Below are positions 28,086 through 40,776 of a stretch of DNA of 64,000 nucleotides, piece by piece. Source of the DNA: Octopus bimaculoides (lineage: Eukaryota); the NCBI RefSeq assembly GCF_001194135.2, contig NC_068986.1, positions 69,274,442-69,338,441 on the forward strand, in the 5' to 3' direction. Positions within the stretch are counted from its first letter, which is position 1, and every line of letters starts with the position of its first letter. The translations under genes were made by a program, and so were the position numbers. The notes beneath the pieces were generated by a model. The model was not told where the DNA came from. It ran no database searches and worked only from the letters and a program-made list of their open reading frames with translations.

Positions 28086-29271
28086 ATAATAGTAATTATA
28101 AGAATCACAGCAGATGAATGTGAATAAAAATTGATTGCAGCCGAATATAACATAGTTTTTAAATTACAGAAAAGTTAACAATCAATATTATGTACGAAGA
28201 AAGTCGTGTCTTTATTTTAGATCACACATTAGAAATCCAACAATTGTTTCAATCGAATTAACATATGCATAATATATATATTCATATATATATATATATA
28301 NNNNNNNNNNNNNNNNNNNNNNNNNNNNNNNNNNNNNNNNNNNNNNNNNNNNNNNNNNNNNNNNNNNNNNNNNNNNNNNNNNNNNNNNNNNNNNNNNNNN
28401 NNNNNNNNNNNNNNNNNNNNNNNNNNNNNNNNNNNNNNNNNNNNNNNNNNNNNNNNNNNNNNNNNNNNNNNNNNNNNNNNNNNNNNNNNNNNNNNNNNNN
28501 NNNNNNNNNNNNNNNNNNNNNNNNNNNNNNNNNNNNNNNNNNNNNNNNNNNNNNNNNNNNNNNNNNNNNNNNNNNNNNNNNNNNNNNNNNNNNNNNNNNN
28601 NNNNNNNNNNNNNNNNNNNNNNNNNNNNNNNNNNNNNNNNNNNNNNNNNNNNNNNNNNNNNNNNNNNNNNNNNNNNNNNNNNNNNNNNNNNNNNNNNNNN
28701 NNNNNNNNNNNNNNNNNNNNNNNNNNNNNNNNNNNNNNNNNNNNNNNNNNNNNNNNNNNNNNNNNNNNNNNNNNNNNNNNNNNNNNNNNNNNNNNNNNNN
28801 NNNNNNNNNNNNNNNNNNNNNNNNNNNNNNNNNNNNNNNNNNNNNNNNNNNNNNNNNNNNNNNNNNNNNNNNNNNNNNNNNNNNNNNNNNNNNNNNNNNN
28901 NNNNNNNNNNNNNNNNNNNNNNNNNNNNNNNNNNNNNNNNNNNNNNNNNNNNNNNNNNNNNNNNNNNNNNNNNNNNNNNNNNNNNNNNNNNNNNNNNNNN
29001 NNNNNNNNNNNNNNNNNNNNNNNNNNNNNNNNNNNNNNNNNNNNNNNNNNNNNNNNNNNNNNNNNNNNNNNNNNNNNNNNNNNNNNNNNNNNNNNNNNNN
29101 NNNNNNNNNNNNNNNNNNNNNNNNNNNNNNNNNNNNNNNNNNNNNNNNNNNNNNNNNNNNNNNNNNNNNNNNNNNNNNNNNNNNNNNNNNNNNNNNNNNN
29201 NNNNNNNNNNNNNNNNNNNNNNNNNNNNNNNNNNNNNNNNNNNNNNNNNNNNNNNNNNNNNNNNNNNNNNN

Positions 29272-29349
29272 GTAGAAGACACATGCCCAAGGTGCCACGC
29301 AGTAGGACTGAACCCGGAAACATGTGGTTCGTAAGCAAGTTACTTACCG
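29272..29349 (-). mobile_element. SINE family B (tRNA-like head) fragment, cut at its 5' end by the LINE
   Basis: cccaaggtgccacgcagtaggactgaacccgg...gtaagcaagttacttacc is nearly identical to the copy at 58.8 kb but lacks the first ~10 nt. Confidence 0.8.
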
Positions 29350-30894
29350 GAAAAAGTCAGTAGGCATGCAGCTCGGCACCTGGAGAAGCAAGCCCATGCC
29401 GTCCAGCAGCGCCCCCGTAGTGGGACGCTGGACCGACGGTCCGGTCAAGTTGCTCGGAGTCTGGTTTGGTCCGGACCTCCAAACAGAAATGAACTGGGAC
29501 GAGATAACGAGTAGGGCGGCCACTTTCTCCCGGCAATGCGACGAGAGGAAGCTGTACCTAAAATATCGGGCGGAGGTGACGAATGCGTACATCGCATCCG
29601 TCATCTACTACCGCCTGACCGTCTTGCCTTGTCCCGACCCTACCATCACCAAACATCTTCTACTTCCTGTGGAAAGGAAGCGTTCCAACGGTCTGGTGAT
29701 CCGTTTGCTGCCAACACCCGCTAAAAGGAGGGCTGGGCATGCCGTGGTTGATGATGCGCAGACATGTGCTGAGACTGCAAATCTCCGGCTCTAGGTAGAC
29801 GACGCTGGACAGATGAGCGGCGCGCTTTCCCGCAGTTCGTCTCTGTGACCGAGCTGCAGTCGTGGATCAAGAAGAGGCCGAGGTAGGGCGAATGGCATCA
29901 CGTGTGTCACATTGCTCTCGAGCAACTATGCCGCCCCGGGTCGACCTTGAGCGATGCATCACAACCAATGCATTCTATAGGAAATTAGTGGAGGGGAGGT
30001 ACGACAACGATTTCGGGGCGAACCTGAGCGTCGACGAGAAATACCTGACCCGCCTGTTCAAGACGACTTTCGAGTCGGGACCTATAGACAACTTCCAGAG
30101 ATCCCTGGCCTGGCAGTGCTATCGAGAAGCGCTACCAATTCTGGATAAGCTCTACAAGCATGGCTCGAGAAACACCGGGCCGACCTGTCCGAAATGCAGT
30201 CAGAGCGACGAAACCGTTCTGCACGCACTCGTGCAGTGTCCGACCAATTCCGACCTGTGGGCTTATGTCGAACGACTGCTGTCACGTGCGGGACGAGTCG
30301 GCTTATCAGCCGAGTCTATCGTGAATATTGTCGCGCCCCCTTCCTTCAAACGGGAAGGAAGACCCATTTTCATCGTACTTGTGGCTATGGCGAAAGAATG
30401 TGTCTGGTGGATGCGTCTGAAAGGATTAGAGACAAACGCTTTCATCTCTGGTCAATCTCTCATCAACTTCTTCAAGTATCACTTGAAAAGGAAGGTGAGA
30501 GTAGAAAGGAAAGTTTTGTCTAGCGAATGCTTCAACAAAAGATGGGTGAATGTAGCAAGGACGGTACGTGTGAATGACGGAGCCACCTAGAGCATAATCC
30601 TATGAGCTAGAAAAGCAATGGAAAAAAAAGAGAGTTACCTACTTGTAAATGTGTTATTGTGTGACATTATTGCCAGAGGCTACCGTGGTCTTTTCGTGGG
30701 TTTTTCTTTCCACTTTTGGGAACTTTTTGTACTATTTCGACTTTTGTATATCCCAAACGATTTCGATCCCTTTTGATCGTTGTCCTTATTTTCAATTTTT
30801 ATTTTTGTTTGTTTTCGCCCCCCCCCCTCGAAAAGAAAAACTGTACATTGTATATGCCCCTCTATGTTCAGCCCTTTGTGGCCAATAAAGAAAG
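29350..30894 (+). mobile_element. L1-clade Tx1-like LINE, 5'-truncated: post-RT region, CCHC zinc finger and 3' UTR
   Basis: VKLLGVWFGPDLQTEMNW..RAEVTNAYIASVIYYRL, and ORF 29862-30590 with CPKCSQSDETVLHALVQC (zf-RVT). Visibly GC-richer than the flanks; ends aataaagaaag followed by (TATC/TGTC)n. Confidence 0.9.
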
Positions 30895-33106
30895 CTATCT
30901 ATCTATTTATCTGTCTGTCTGTCCGTCTGTATTTCTGTGTGTAAATGTATGTGTGTTCTCTACACATATATTTGTGGTATATGCAAATAAAATTACATTT
31001 CTCAAAAATGATATGGTGTTCATATTTGAATTACCCTTATATCAAAAATTATAATAAAGAAATTCTGTGTGTTTGGTCTCTGCAATAGCTTCCGAAATAA
31101 TTTGATGCATGTTTTGTTTGAGAATGAATTTACTAACATCTGAACGGAGTGTGAGTTGATATGTACATGATGAAGCTATATATCAGTTTTGAATTATATA
31201 CATATATTGTTTGGTGCAACAGAATGAAATTTCAGAAGACTAGTTAAGAGGGAGAAAGGGTGTTTTGAGTATTCCATTTTATGTGAATGACAATGAATAT
31301 ATTGAATCAGGTATTGGTATGAAGGCAGTTGAGAAGACTGGCTAAGTGAATAAGTACAATCTGCAACAGAGAATATTTTCTACTCTTCTAGATAAAGACA
31401 GCATTTAGGACTAATATACTAATCACATTTTCGAAATTGTTTATAAATCTTCAAATGAGCTGCAAATAGGGGAATGTGGAAGAGGACAAAGTTCTGTAGA
31501 TTCAAATAATGATGATAGATTAAAGCACTAGTTAGTAAGTACTGTGCGCGAGGAGATCAAGTACATTCACTAAAGAAGGACAATGTATTTCACCATCTAA
31601 ACTGAATTCCTCATCTCATTAGACTGTCATAGACTGTTATGTCAGCCCAAACGTGAGGGTAGAATTTGTGGAACTCAGCAAGCCTTTGATAGATGTAAAT
31701 TAAAATCAAACAGCTGTTGTGAGACTAATGAGCCCAGTTATCAAACGCAACAGTTCAAATAGGTTTCCTTTTACATTTCTTTCATAATTTTTGCAATTAG
31801 ATTATAAATACAGAGGTCAGATTAAGAAATTGTGAGAGAATATGCGTACGTATGAACACACCTCGTAACGGAGACAAACATACAAATATTTATCTCAAAA
31901 CATTATGTTTGTTCGTTAGCACATTATTTTAGAATTTCGGTTATGAGTTTACGAATAGTTTTTATCAAAATAACCAGCATTTTGTATGCAAGACATTTTT
32001 GAGACCAGCACCAGCACCAGCACCAGCAACAGGCTGAGCAGAATTTTAAATATTTTATCGAGTGTTATTAAGTAAAATTATAAACATAGTTTTAGTAATT
32101 CTGTGACTAATTTGGTAATACACTACGATAAGCTTAAGCACAACACAAGACGCTTGTAGACGAAGCTAAAAATTAGGATATTAAAAATAAATACTCAGAA
32201 ACAGATCATAAAATATTCAGTTTGGCTGGCATAATGATGTAGTCCAGTAATACAGTGCAAAACATTGTGTTCTTATATAAGGGATTCGGCTTACGTCTAT
32301 CAGCCCTTAACTACTTATGATACGCTTCATTACAACATACGAAATCCCGAACCTAGCTTATTTCCATCGTGTAATCTCCGCAAATTACACACAACTTTCT
32401 TTCGCTAAATATTATCAGATGAGAGTTTGCATCTTTTAAAAATAGAATAGTTATTATCCTAACACCAATCTCATCACTTTGAAAAGTTCCCCTCCGAGAT
32501 TAAAAGCGCATGATTAATAGTTTTGTTTCGACGAAACATGATTGCGAGGTTTGAAGCTATTTTTATTGCCTAAAGAGCCCTTTAAGTAATTGTAATTGAA
32601 AGAAGAGTAATGTCGAAAATGTCACAATGACTTAAATATTTGTTAGCCAACAGAAGTTATCAAAATTAAATCGTATGATTTTACAAAGAAGCAATTTTAA
32701 ACAAATAGTTTAGATATCGATATTATTTTCTATAAACTGATTAGTGATCAATAAAATTTGGAGGAAGGCAGAAAAATAGTTTACGTTTATAATTCGAGAA
32801 TTCTGATTAAAGCGACTTAAAATAATACGAACAACAATACTATTTGAAACGTTGTGATTTGTTATTTTCTGGCTCTGTGAAAGTCTTCTGGCAGAGAACG
32901 TTCATAATATTCTCATTTATTTGCTTAAGCTAATAGAGGTTCGCGTTCGGCTTCCCCATATTGTGATGCGTTTGATATCTCAAGCAACCTGAATATCAGT
33001 TCATTGAGAAACAGTTGAAAGAATATATGTAGTTCTTCACTGACTTGAACATCTGTTTACGCATTTAGGTTTTTAATATAATAATCTAAAATTATTTTCA
33101 TTTCAG

Positions 33107-33139
33107 CATGATTACTGAAGAGTTAATTAGTCGACACGG
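33107..33139 (+). CDS. Candidate 33-nt coding exon (MITEELISRHG), host gene unidentified
   Basis: attattttcatttcag| acceptor and |gttagt donor; only one frame open, symmetric phase. Confidence 0.25.
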
Positions 33140-35823
33140 GTTAGTTCTGTTGTATCGGAGACCTATTTTATTATTCACTAACGTATATTAGTTGAAGTGA
33201 TAAAGTAGAATGCCAATGAGAACATTCCATTTTGAATTGTGTGATGGAGATTTTATGACCGCTAGGAATCAAATATAGCCTTTGCGTAAATACAAAGTAG
33301 TAACAAAATAGAATATTTGAGAAACAGGAAGAGAACAGAAAACCCTGAAACATAATTTGATACTTCTGGTGAGCCAATAGAACATAAAGCAATAAAAAGG
33401 TAATAAGACAAGCGAAATGAGCAAGGAAAATCTATAGGGTAGAGCAATAAATCAGTAGAATAGGTAACTGGCATGAAATATAACAGTAGCCCTTAAAATC
33501 TATGATAGCCTCAATTTGTCTTGGCATTCATGTCAATAATAACTCTGCCAAGAATCCTTGTCGCTGCTAAATATCTGTCTCTCTACTTATTTCTCTGCTT
33601 TATTTCTGTTACTATTCCTCTCTTGCTCCTACTGAACTAGTCACACCATTTCCCCCCACTCTGCCTAGAGTCCAATATTATTATCTATTTATCAGCCTGC
33701 TCACTTTAAAAAGATTAAAGATCGAAATTAGTAAAGGAATTTCTAAATACTTCCCAATAAGATGGAATTGATGAGAAGAAAACTGCTAAGGTTGATAACA
33801 CTTGCCAAGTATACGACATTGTAGTCGACGACTAACGAGGAAGCCTATCACTAACACCTTTACTGGTGGCCAACGGTTGTTTCTAAAAGGTAACCGAAGA
33901 GGCCAGACAAATAATTATTATTCAGAAGCTCGTATTGCTGCAAGGCAAAAGAACGAAATAAAATGACAAACGTGAAGTTTCAATTGCGGAATGACATAAA
34001 AATCAATAAAAACTTGCGTATTCGATAACATATTCCAATAATTAAACGGACCGTTTAGAAAGCGTTCAGTTTAGCTTTCTCAGTAATGTTATGATAGCTA
34101 TTCTATTTCAAAGGCATCGCATCTTGAATCTGATGTGAAAACCAACAGAAATTGAATTACAGTCAATGTCACAGAAGCACTAAAAAGACTTGAAAGCCTA
34201 TCAAGTTTCGGTCACTGGAATGACCACAACAGTATCGTCATAGGGCTACTACACACAAACGCGCGCGCGCAAACATACACACGCACACACTCACATACAT
34301 ATACATACACTCACACGCACTCACACACTCATGCACACACACATATACACACACACATATACACACATACACGGACATTAATAGGTTTTACAAATATTTA
34401 GGAAAGCAATTTTGTTATGATGCAATTTTTAGAATGGTTTTACAACATCATTTTCTATTCACAGCAGAAATTCATTATTGCTTCAATAGAATGTTTTTCT
34501 GTCTTCTATTTATATTCCAAATCTATCATTATTTATATCCAGTTCCACTTTCCATGCACGCATGTGTGAACACACGCTGTCGCACATAAGCATTCACCTA
34601 CGTACACTTATATACTCGAGCGTACGCACACAGATACACGCAAGCACGAATGCACGCGCACGCAGACATACAAATGTAGATACACATTCGTAAGCAAATA
34701 GGGACACACAGTCCCTGTGCTTCCATACATGAACTGAAACAGTTATCTAACTCTATTGTACATTGCTTTTCATCAACTGGAAATCAATGTCGGAGTAGAA
34801 AGTAAGTCATGTACATATGCATTACCTTAAACACTATACACACATTTACAGGTATACAATAATTATCATATTATTAAACATCACATATACATCATCATAA
34901 ACACTCAAATCTCACGCCACACGTTGCATATATTAGTAGGGACATACCATGCATACAATGCCCTCACAATAATATAAACAACTGTTCCTTCAAGTTGTGT
35001 TCATGAGCGCATGCGCGCACATACGTATTGCAACGAGCACACAAAATTAAATATTTTACGCATAGAGGAAATAGTTGGTTAACATGATGCTATAATTAGA
35101 AATTATATTTATCGAAAGTAATCTCTTAGCTGTGTCTGTTATCTAGAGAACGTACCAATAGATACAAGTATGCTGCTGACTGTTAGAAATCGTCTTTGTG
35201 TTCACATAGACGAAAGGTCTCCTGAAGTTGAAACACAGCTATTGTCAACTTCTGATTTCTGCACAGTTGCAGATTGTGAACTTTACATTTGATAATCTAT
35301 TATTTATGAAATATGATTTCCTAATTAATAATGCTGTAATTTCAAGTTTACATTTGCACTAACATTCAGTGTGCGCATACATTCCATAGAGAATAAGTGC
35401 ACAACATAAGACTTTTGCATACACTTTCTACGAACATTGGACACGGCCCCGCATATTTTGATAGAAGTAGAATCTGTTACTTTTGCAATAATCTTAAATA
35501 ACTCATGGGTAATCTAGTTAAAAATTTGCTTTAGAAATCCTGAAAAGAGAAAACGCTGAACCTGATAAGTGATTAACTCCGAATTATCTTAAATTGGGCG
35601 TGTGCTTTTTTTTTTGTATCTCTGGCGTGTACGTATCCACCATGACCAGTTCTACTGCATGCTATTTCATTAAATTGTAGCCACTGCAAAACATCGGTGG
35701 AAGTAGTCTTATTCCCTTGGACAACAGCAAATCTTTTAAACAAAAATTTCTATAAAGATACGATCTGTTTCTCACTACGCTCCTAGATTCCAAACTCCCT
35801 GCGAGAAAGAACCTCTGAAATGT

Positions 35824-36080
35824 AGAATGGTTCTCAACCGGGGTCCATATGGCCCTTGGGTCTCGATATTAGATTTTGTTAAAATTTACGTGCAATAAAT
35901 TGCTTATAATTCTGCAGTACATAAAATGTTTTAACAGTTGTTAAATCAGTTCCTAACATTTCATTATTAAAATACAGTAGGATAGTTTTTATATACATCG
36001 AATGGCTATAGAGGTCAGTAGAGCAAAATAAGATTCAAGGGGTCCAGATGCAAAAAAAAAAAAATGATTGGGAGCCACTA
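35824..36080. mobile_element. hAT (Charlie-type) MITE
   Basis: Ends aatggttctcaaccggggtcc and ggggtcc...gattgggagccacta resemble CAGTGGTTCTCAACC-type TIRs around an AT-rich interior. Confidence 0.55.
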
Positions 36081-36741
36081 CTCTACATGGTTACTCAACA
36101 TACTAGAAAAGCAGAAAAATTTCGCTTGAATCACAAGCTGCCATCTTATCTAAAGATAAAAGAAACAAAAATAATATAGTCCTCAATATACATGAAAAGA
36201 CCGCATGATCATGGTTGAAATGTCTTTCGCTAAAACCTTACTCTAACAGGGTTGACCAGGGACTATAGAACAGCCACAAGATGTGAACACTAAGATTACA
36301 CTGGCATTCCGCTGTATTTCTCAGGTGTGTTCCATGACCTCAGAAAAGTTTCCTGAAACCTTCCTTCTCGAAATGAACACAATTATGATTACACCTCAGA
36401 GCTACATGAAGTGTGTGGAGAGGTTTTAGATGGACACACACGAAACATTAAGAATAACATATCCAACATAGATAAGCCACAAAGGATTTATGTGTTGTTC
36501 ACCCTTGCGGTCACGAAATCAACTGTGAAAAGTTACTAGTTTGATAGGAAAACCCTCCCAATTTTTAAAACACTAACGATGGTTCCTATATTAAAACCTT
36601 TATCTAGTCTGTACTCTTTAAAGCTGCACCACTCGTTTCCACTGAAGAGAAAATATCAATCCGACCAACCTCATTGAATTAGACATGCATTGCCACCCAT
36701 TGTTATATTTAAAGGCTTAATTTAACTAAATTAACGCTTAC

Positions 36742-36900
36742 TTGTAGTTCCGGTGTTTATGGTTCTCAGCTCTGAAAGCCACTACTGTGGTGCATAGAGC
36801 AGCAGTTTCTATTTTGTCTATGATGGCAGCATAGTTACTTCTGACATATATTTCCATGCTTATATTTCTGTTATATATTACAGAGTATCTCTTAACCGAC
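36742..36900 (-). CDS. Candidate 159-nt exon (SVKRYSVIYNRNISMEIYVRSNYAAIIDKIETAALCTTVVAFRAENHKHRNY)
   Basis: ctctctctttgcag| acceptor and |gtaagc donor. Length is a multiple of 3, one frame is fully open and the other two contain stops. No family recognised. Confidence 0.35.
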
Positions 36901-37121
36901 CTGCAAAGAGAGAGCTAAATTTCATATAAATTAAATGCTTTCTTATTTGTAAAGCTTTTTCATTCACTAACTTACTCTGCCCACTTCCCTCTCTCTCATT
37001 CTTTGTCTCTCTTCCTCTCTTCCCCTTTATATATTTATATGTATGCGTGTATGCGCGCGTGTCTGTGTGTGGCTTCTGTATCATTAGATACACGCATATT
37101 AACACATCTTAAACAAGAGCC

Positions 37122-37204
<83 letters not shown>

Positions 37205-39019
37205 TATTAGCAGTCCGCATGCAAGTTTTTTTAAATGTATATAAATTATATAGAGATAAAGTGCTTCGCAAATACATTAGAATTCTATATGCCAATGTCT
37301 AAATGGTGATGACATCTCATGTATTTTTGTGTTGGAAGATTCTAATATAACTTTGCAATAATTAAATTATTCACACATGCATACACACATTCGCACGCAC
37401 ACACATACATATTTCTGCCCTCCCACAAAAGCTGATACATACTCAGACACACCTACGTGTAGACAGTTTAAGCATATATGTTTATGTGTAAACTGACAAC
37501 ATCTACTTTAGACTTCAGAAAGTCATTTGTTATTTCATTTTCCTGCCTTTGAAGCTGTCCCCGGAGACATGTTAAACTACAAACAGCTATAGGATCCAGC
37601 GGAAGTTATTTCAATAATTAACTAGGTGAGAGATCTGTAGCTAAATGATAGCAGGCTGCGACGTTGTGACGCCCTATAAATAATAGATATGAGAAAAGGT
37701 TAACACACTACTGATGGCTTTTCAAAATTGTTAGTAGAAACTGAACATTGAAATTTGAATACTATGTTTAAAACACCTCGCATACATACAAATTAAGAAC
37801 ATTCTGCCTGACTTTAATATTATTTCGACTTTAAAGGTCATAAGATTCCTCTAAAAACTGGATATTACTCTTAAATACTATAAGCTAATTTTTTTTACCA
37901 AGACACTCTGAAGTGGATTATAATTAAAGTGTGGTTCTGAGCTTCATAAAATGTTATTTATCATTACCCCTAGTATTAAAAAAAAAAAAAAAAACTAAAA
38001 AGACCCCCCCCCCCCCAAACTCACAGGCTATAAAGGCAGTACCTTAGGATGGCCGCAGTTCAATGACTGAATCAAGTAAAAGATTTTTAAAAAAATGAAA
38101 AAGAAAAAAAGCAATAACTTTCCAATTCTTTTTCCGCTATATAATTCACTTTAAGGATTAAATAATGAATTCATTACCATGCCTGGAATTTCCGAGGGAC
38201 GATAACACTAATTCAATACATGATGGAGTTAGTTAGATTTCCCATTAACGCTTCTGTCTTAGAGGCGGGCATCTGATCAAATAGACAATTATTAAATTGA
38301 AATAATTAATTAGCTCCTCCTACACCGTATCTGAATATAATTTGATTATGAGTATTGGATATCTTCCTCAATAGAGTAAGCTTAACTTGATTAAGTAATT
38401 ATCACGATAAAGCCGATTGAACTTCAGCTAATATCTAGTATTATACATATATATTAGAAGACAAGTAATGATATAGTGTGAGTTATTTACATTGATTTAA
38501 AGACTGGTTTTGCACACGCACGTACACATACACACACACTCACGCGTACATATTCGGAATATATTCACAGCTTATATAAAGGTAAATTTTAACAACTATA
38601 GGAACGTCAGGTAATCGAACTATTGGGGTGGTGGACTTGCAGCGGAGAGTCGATAGTTCGTATCATGTCAATAACTAAGCTCATAATTTTCTGTTGCGCT
38701 TTTGTTCCACTTAATGATAAAAGAAACCATGAAGTAAGTATAACTCATTGATGTAGCAAGAATATTGTATGATTTTAAAGCTTCGTTAATGAAACATATA
38801 GAATTTAGAGGACGCAGATAAAGTGTGGTTCGTAGTATGTAGTGTTAAGCTCAAGTCTTTCTTAAGAGTTTCAGTTCGAGCCAATCATCAAAGAAGAAAT
38901 CAAGAAATTACCCATTCGGTCGCCATCGCGACTCCACAGGTGTTGATAAGGAAGATATATATATATATATATATATATAACGTGAAGTATATTTGCCACT
39001 TAAATGCGGCTAAACCCTA

Positions 39020-39200
39020 AGGGTGAATGTTACTGTTGCTTTTAGCCCAGGAGAACATCTCCGCCACCTGGCTATTGACACACATCTGTGCCCTGTCGGT
39101 ATTTGCAAAGGGAAGTCATCCTTCCCATCTTGATCACGTGATACGCATGGACTCGAGTTTCTGGGTATTTACCCTTCGTCAGCGTACGACAATCACCGAT
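39020..39200 (-). mobile_element. Short (~180 bp) repeat-like element carrying a hammerhead motif near its 5' end
   Basis: GC-richer island between (TA)n-containing flanks. The minus strand starts with the hammerhead and ends ...gggctaaaagcaacagtaacattc. Repeat status is inferred; there is no second copy in the window. Confidence 0.45.
39144..39188 (-). ncRNA. Minimal type-I hammerhead ribozyme motif
   Basis: Minus strand cgtacg-CTGACGA-a-gggta-aa-taccc-a-GAAA-ctcgag-TC-catgcg. Core intact, stem II gggta/taccc, palindromic helix III ACTCGAGT, GUC triplet; stem I has one mismatch and one G-U pair. Confidence 0.75.
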
Positions 39201-39201
39201 C

Positions 39202-39238
<37 letters not shown>

Positions 39239-39272
39239 GCATAAGTAAATATATAGATACATATATTTATAC

Positions 39273-39303
39273 ACTAGCAGAGAGATACCCGGATTTGCTC
39301 GGG
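39273..39303 (+). mobile_element. Helentron/HINE-like terminal motif
   Basis: actagcag...atacccggatttgctcggg: CTAG followed by a short cccgg..ctcggg hairpin, as at non-autonomous Helentron ends. Confidence 0.4.
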
Positions 39304-39361
39304 ATTAAAATGGCATAGATAGGCAACCACATATATTTATATACGCGTCCGCACGTATACT

Positions 39362-39622
39362 AATATTGGTTTCAAATTATGGTACAAAGGTAAACATTTG
39401 GGGAAGAGGCAAAGTCGCTATATAGATGATCCAGGCGGAATTTAAACTCAGAGCGTAAAGGTGCTTAGCAGTATTTCGTCCGTCTTTGCGTTCTGTGTTC
39501 AAATTCCGCCATTAAGTATTTCAGGTTCGATAAAATACATACCAGCTGAACACTAGGGTCGATGTAATCGACTTATCTCCCACGCCGAAGTTGCTGGTCT
39601 TGTGCGAAAATTTGAAACCAGT
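39362..39622. mobile_element. Two partial SINE A copies in inverted orientation
   Basis: Minus copy ~39362-39460 and plus copy ~39461-39622, both matching the 5329-5545 copy. Confidence 0.75.
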
Positions 39623-39805
39623 GTTAATGCTAGGATTGTTAGAATGTAATGTTATATATTACAATAAATTTTTACTAATGAAAAGACTCAATATTTGCTA
39701 TTATGCATATTACCTGAATCGCGTGAAGATTACTTGTAAAAACTGAAGTAGTAATAAAGAGTTATCTTGCATTGCCTCACACAAATGCGCACACACACAC
39801 AAGCG

Positions 39806-39878
<73 letters not shown>

Positions 39879-40776
39879 ATACACAAAATAAAAACGATAC
39901 ATACACATATGTATCTATGACTACCGAAACAATTGAAAACATGGGATTGAGTGTTTGGTAAAACGAAGAATATGTAACTGAAATAGGGTGACATATATAA
40001 TTTATTTACATAGTACTGTAAGCAATCTTTTCTTGTTACTCCATTCATATTCTAAGTCTGCGTTAACCAGTGTCGTTTAGAAATCTGTCTGCATTCTGGT
40101 ATTTCTTTCAGCAAATATTGTTATTTAAGGCCTGTTGGTATCATTGACAGTAGTAATTTATCAGCCAGTAGAATATTCCACAAACATACACCATATAATC
40201 TCACTATTTACCAAGCACTCAGATGTAAATATCGTGAACAACTTCTCAGTCAACTGAATTAAAATGAAGTCGGTAGTCAAAACGATAAATGTTTACATGT
40301 CATGAAACAATGTTAAAAAACAATCAGTTTCCGTTGAAGACGCGAAAGGAATATACGGAGCCACAAGTATGTGTTAAAGACTGAAAATGAAATTAGTATG
40401 TTTTGAAGATTCATTAAGAATCGATTAATGCATAAATTCAATAATTAAAATATTTAGTATTTGTTTACAATGGAAAACTGGTTTTTGTTTTGATGGAAAT
40501 AAACCAGAGAGAAACATCTACCAATTATAGATTTTATGTAGTTATTTTTTCACAAGAAAATGACGTCGACTATTCTTTCTTCTGGCACCAATAGAACAGC
40601 TTCTAGTAATATATCAGGGTAATTTTCATCAACTTCCTTCTCTACAGATATTAAAACTGCACTTTTTTTTCAAAAGGAATCATTACTTAGTTCGTGCAAT
40701 TCAGATTGTACGATTTAACAGTAGGTTGCATATTTTATATGCGTATCAAACATAACCACCAGGGTCTTGACCCGAT

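Noticed and set aside
33111-33150. CTGAAGA-gttaattagtc-GACA-cggg hammerhead-like string
   Set aside because: GAAA is absent and stems I and III do not pair; the exon interpretation fits at least as well.
40540-40660. Minus-strand frame VEKEVDENYPDILLEAVLLVPEERIVDVIFL
   Set aside because: Short, bounded by stops, with weak splice signals and no recognisable family.
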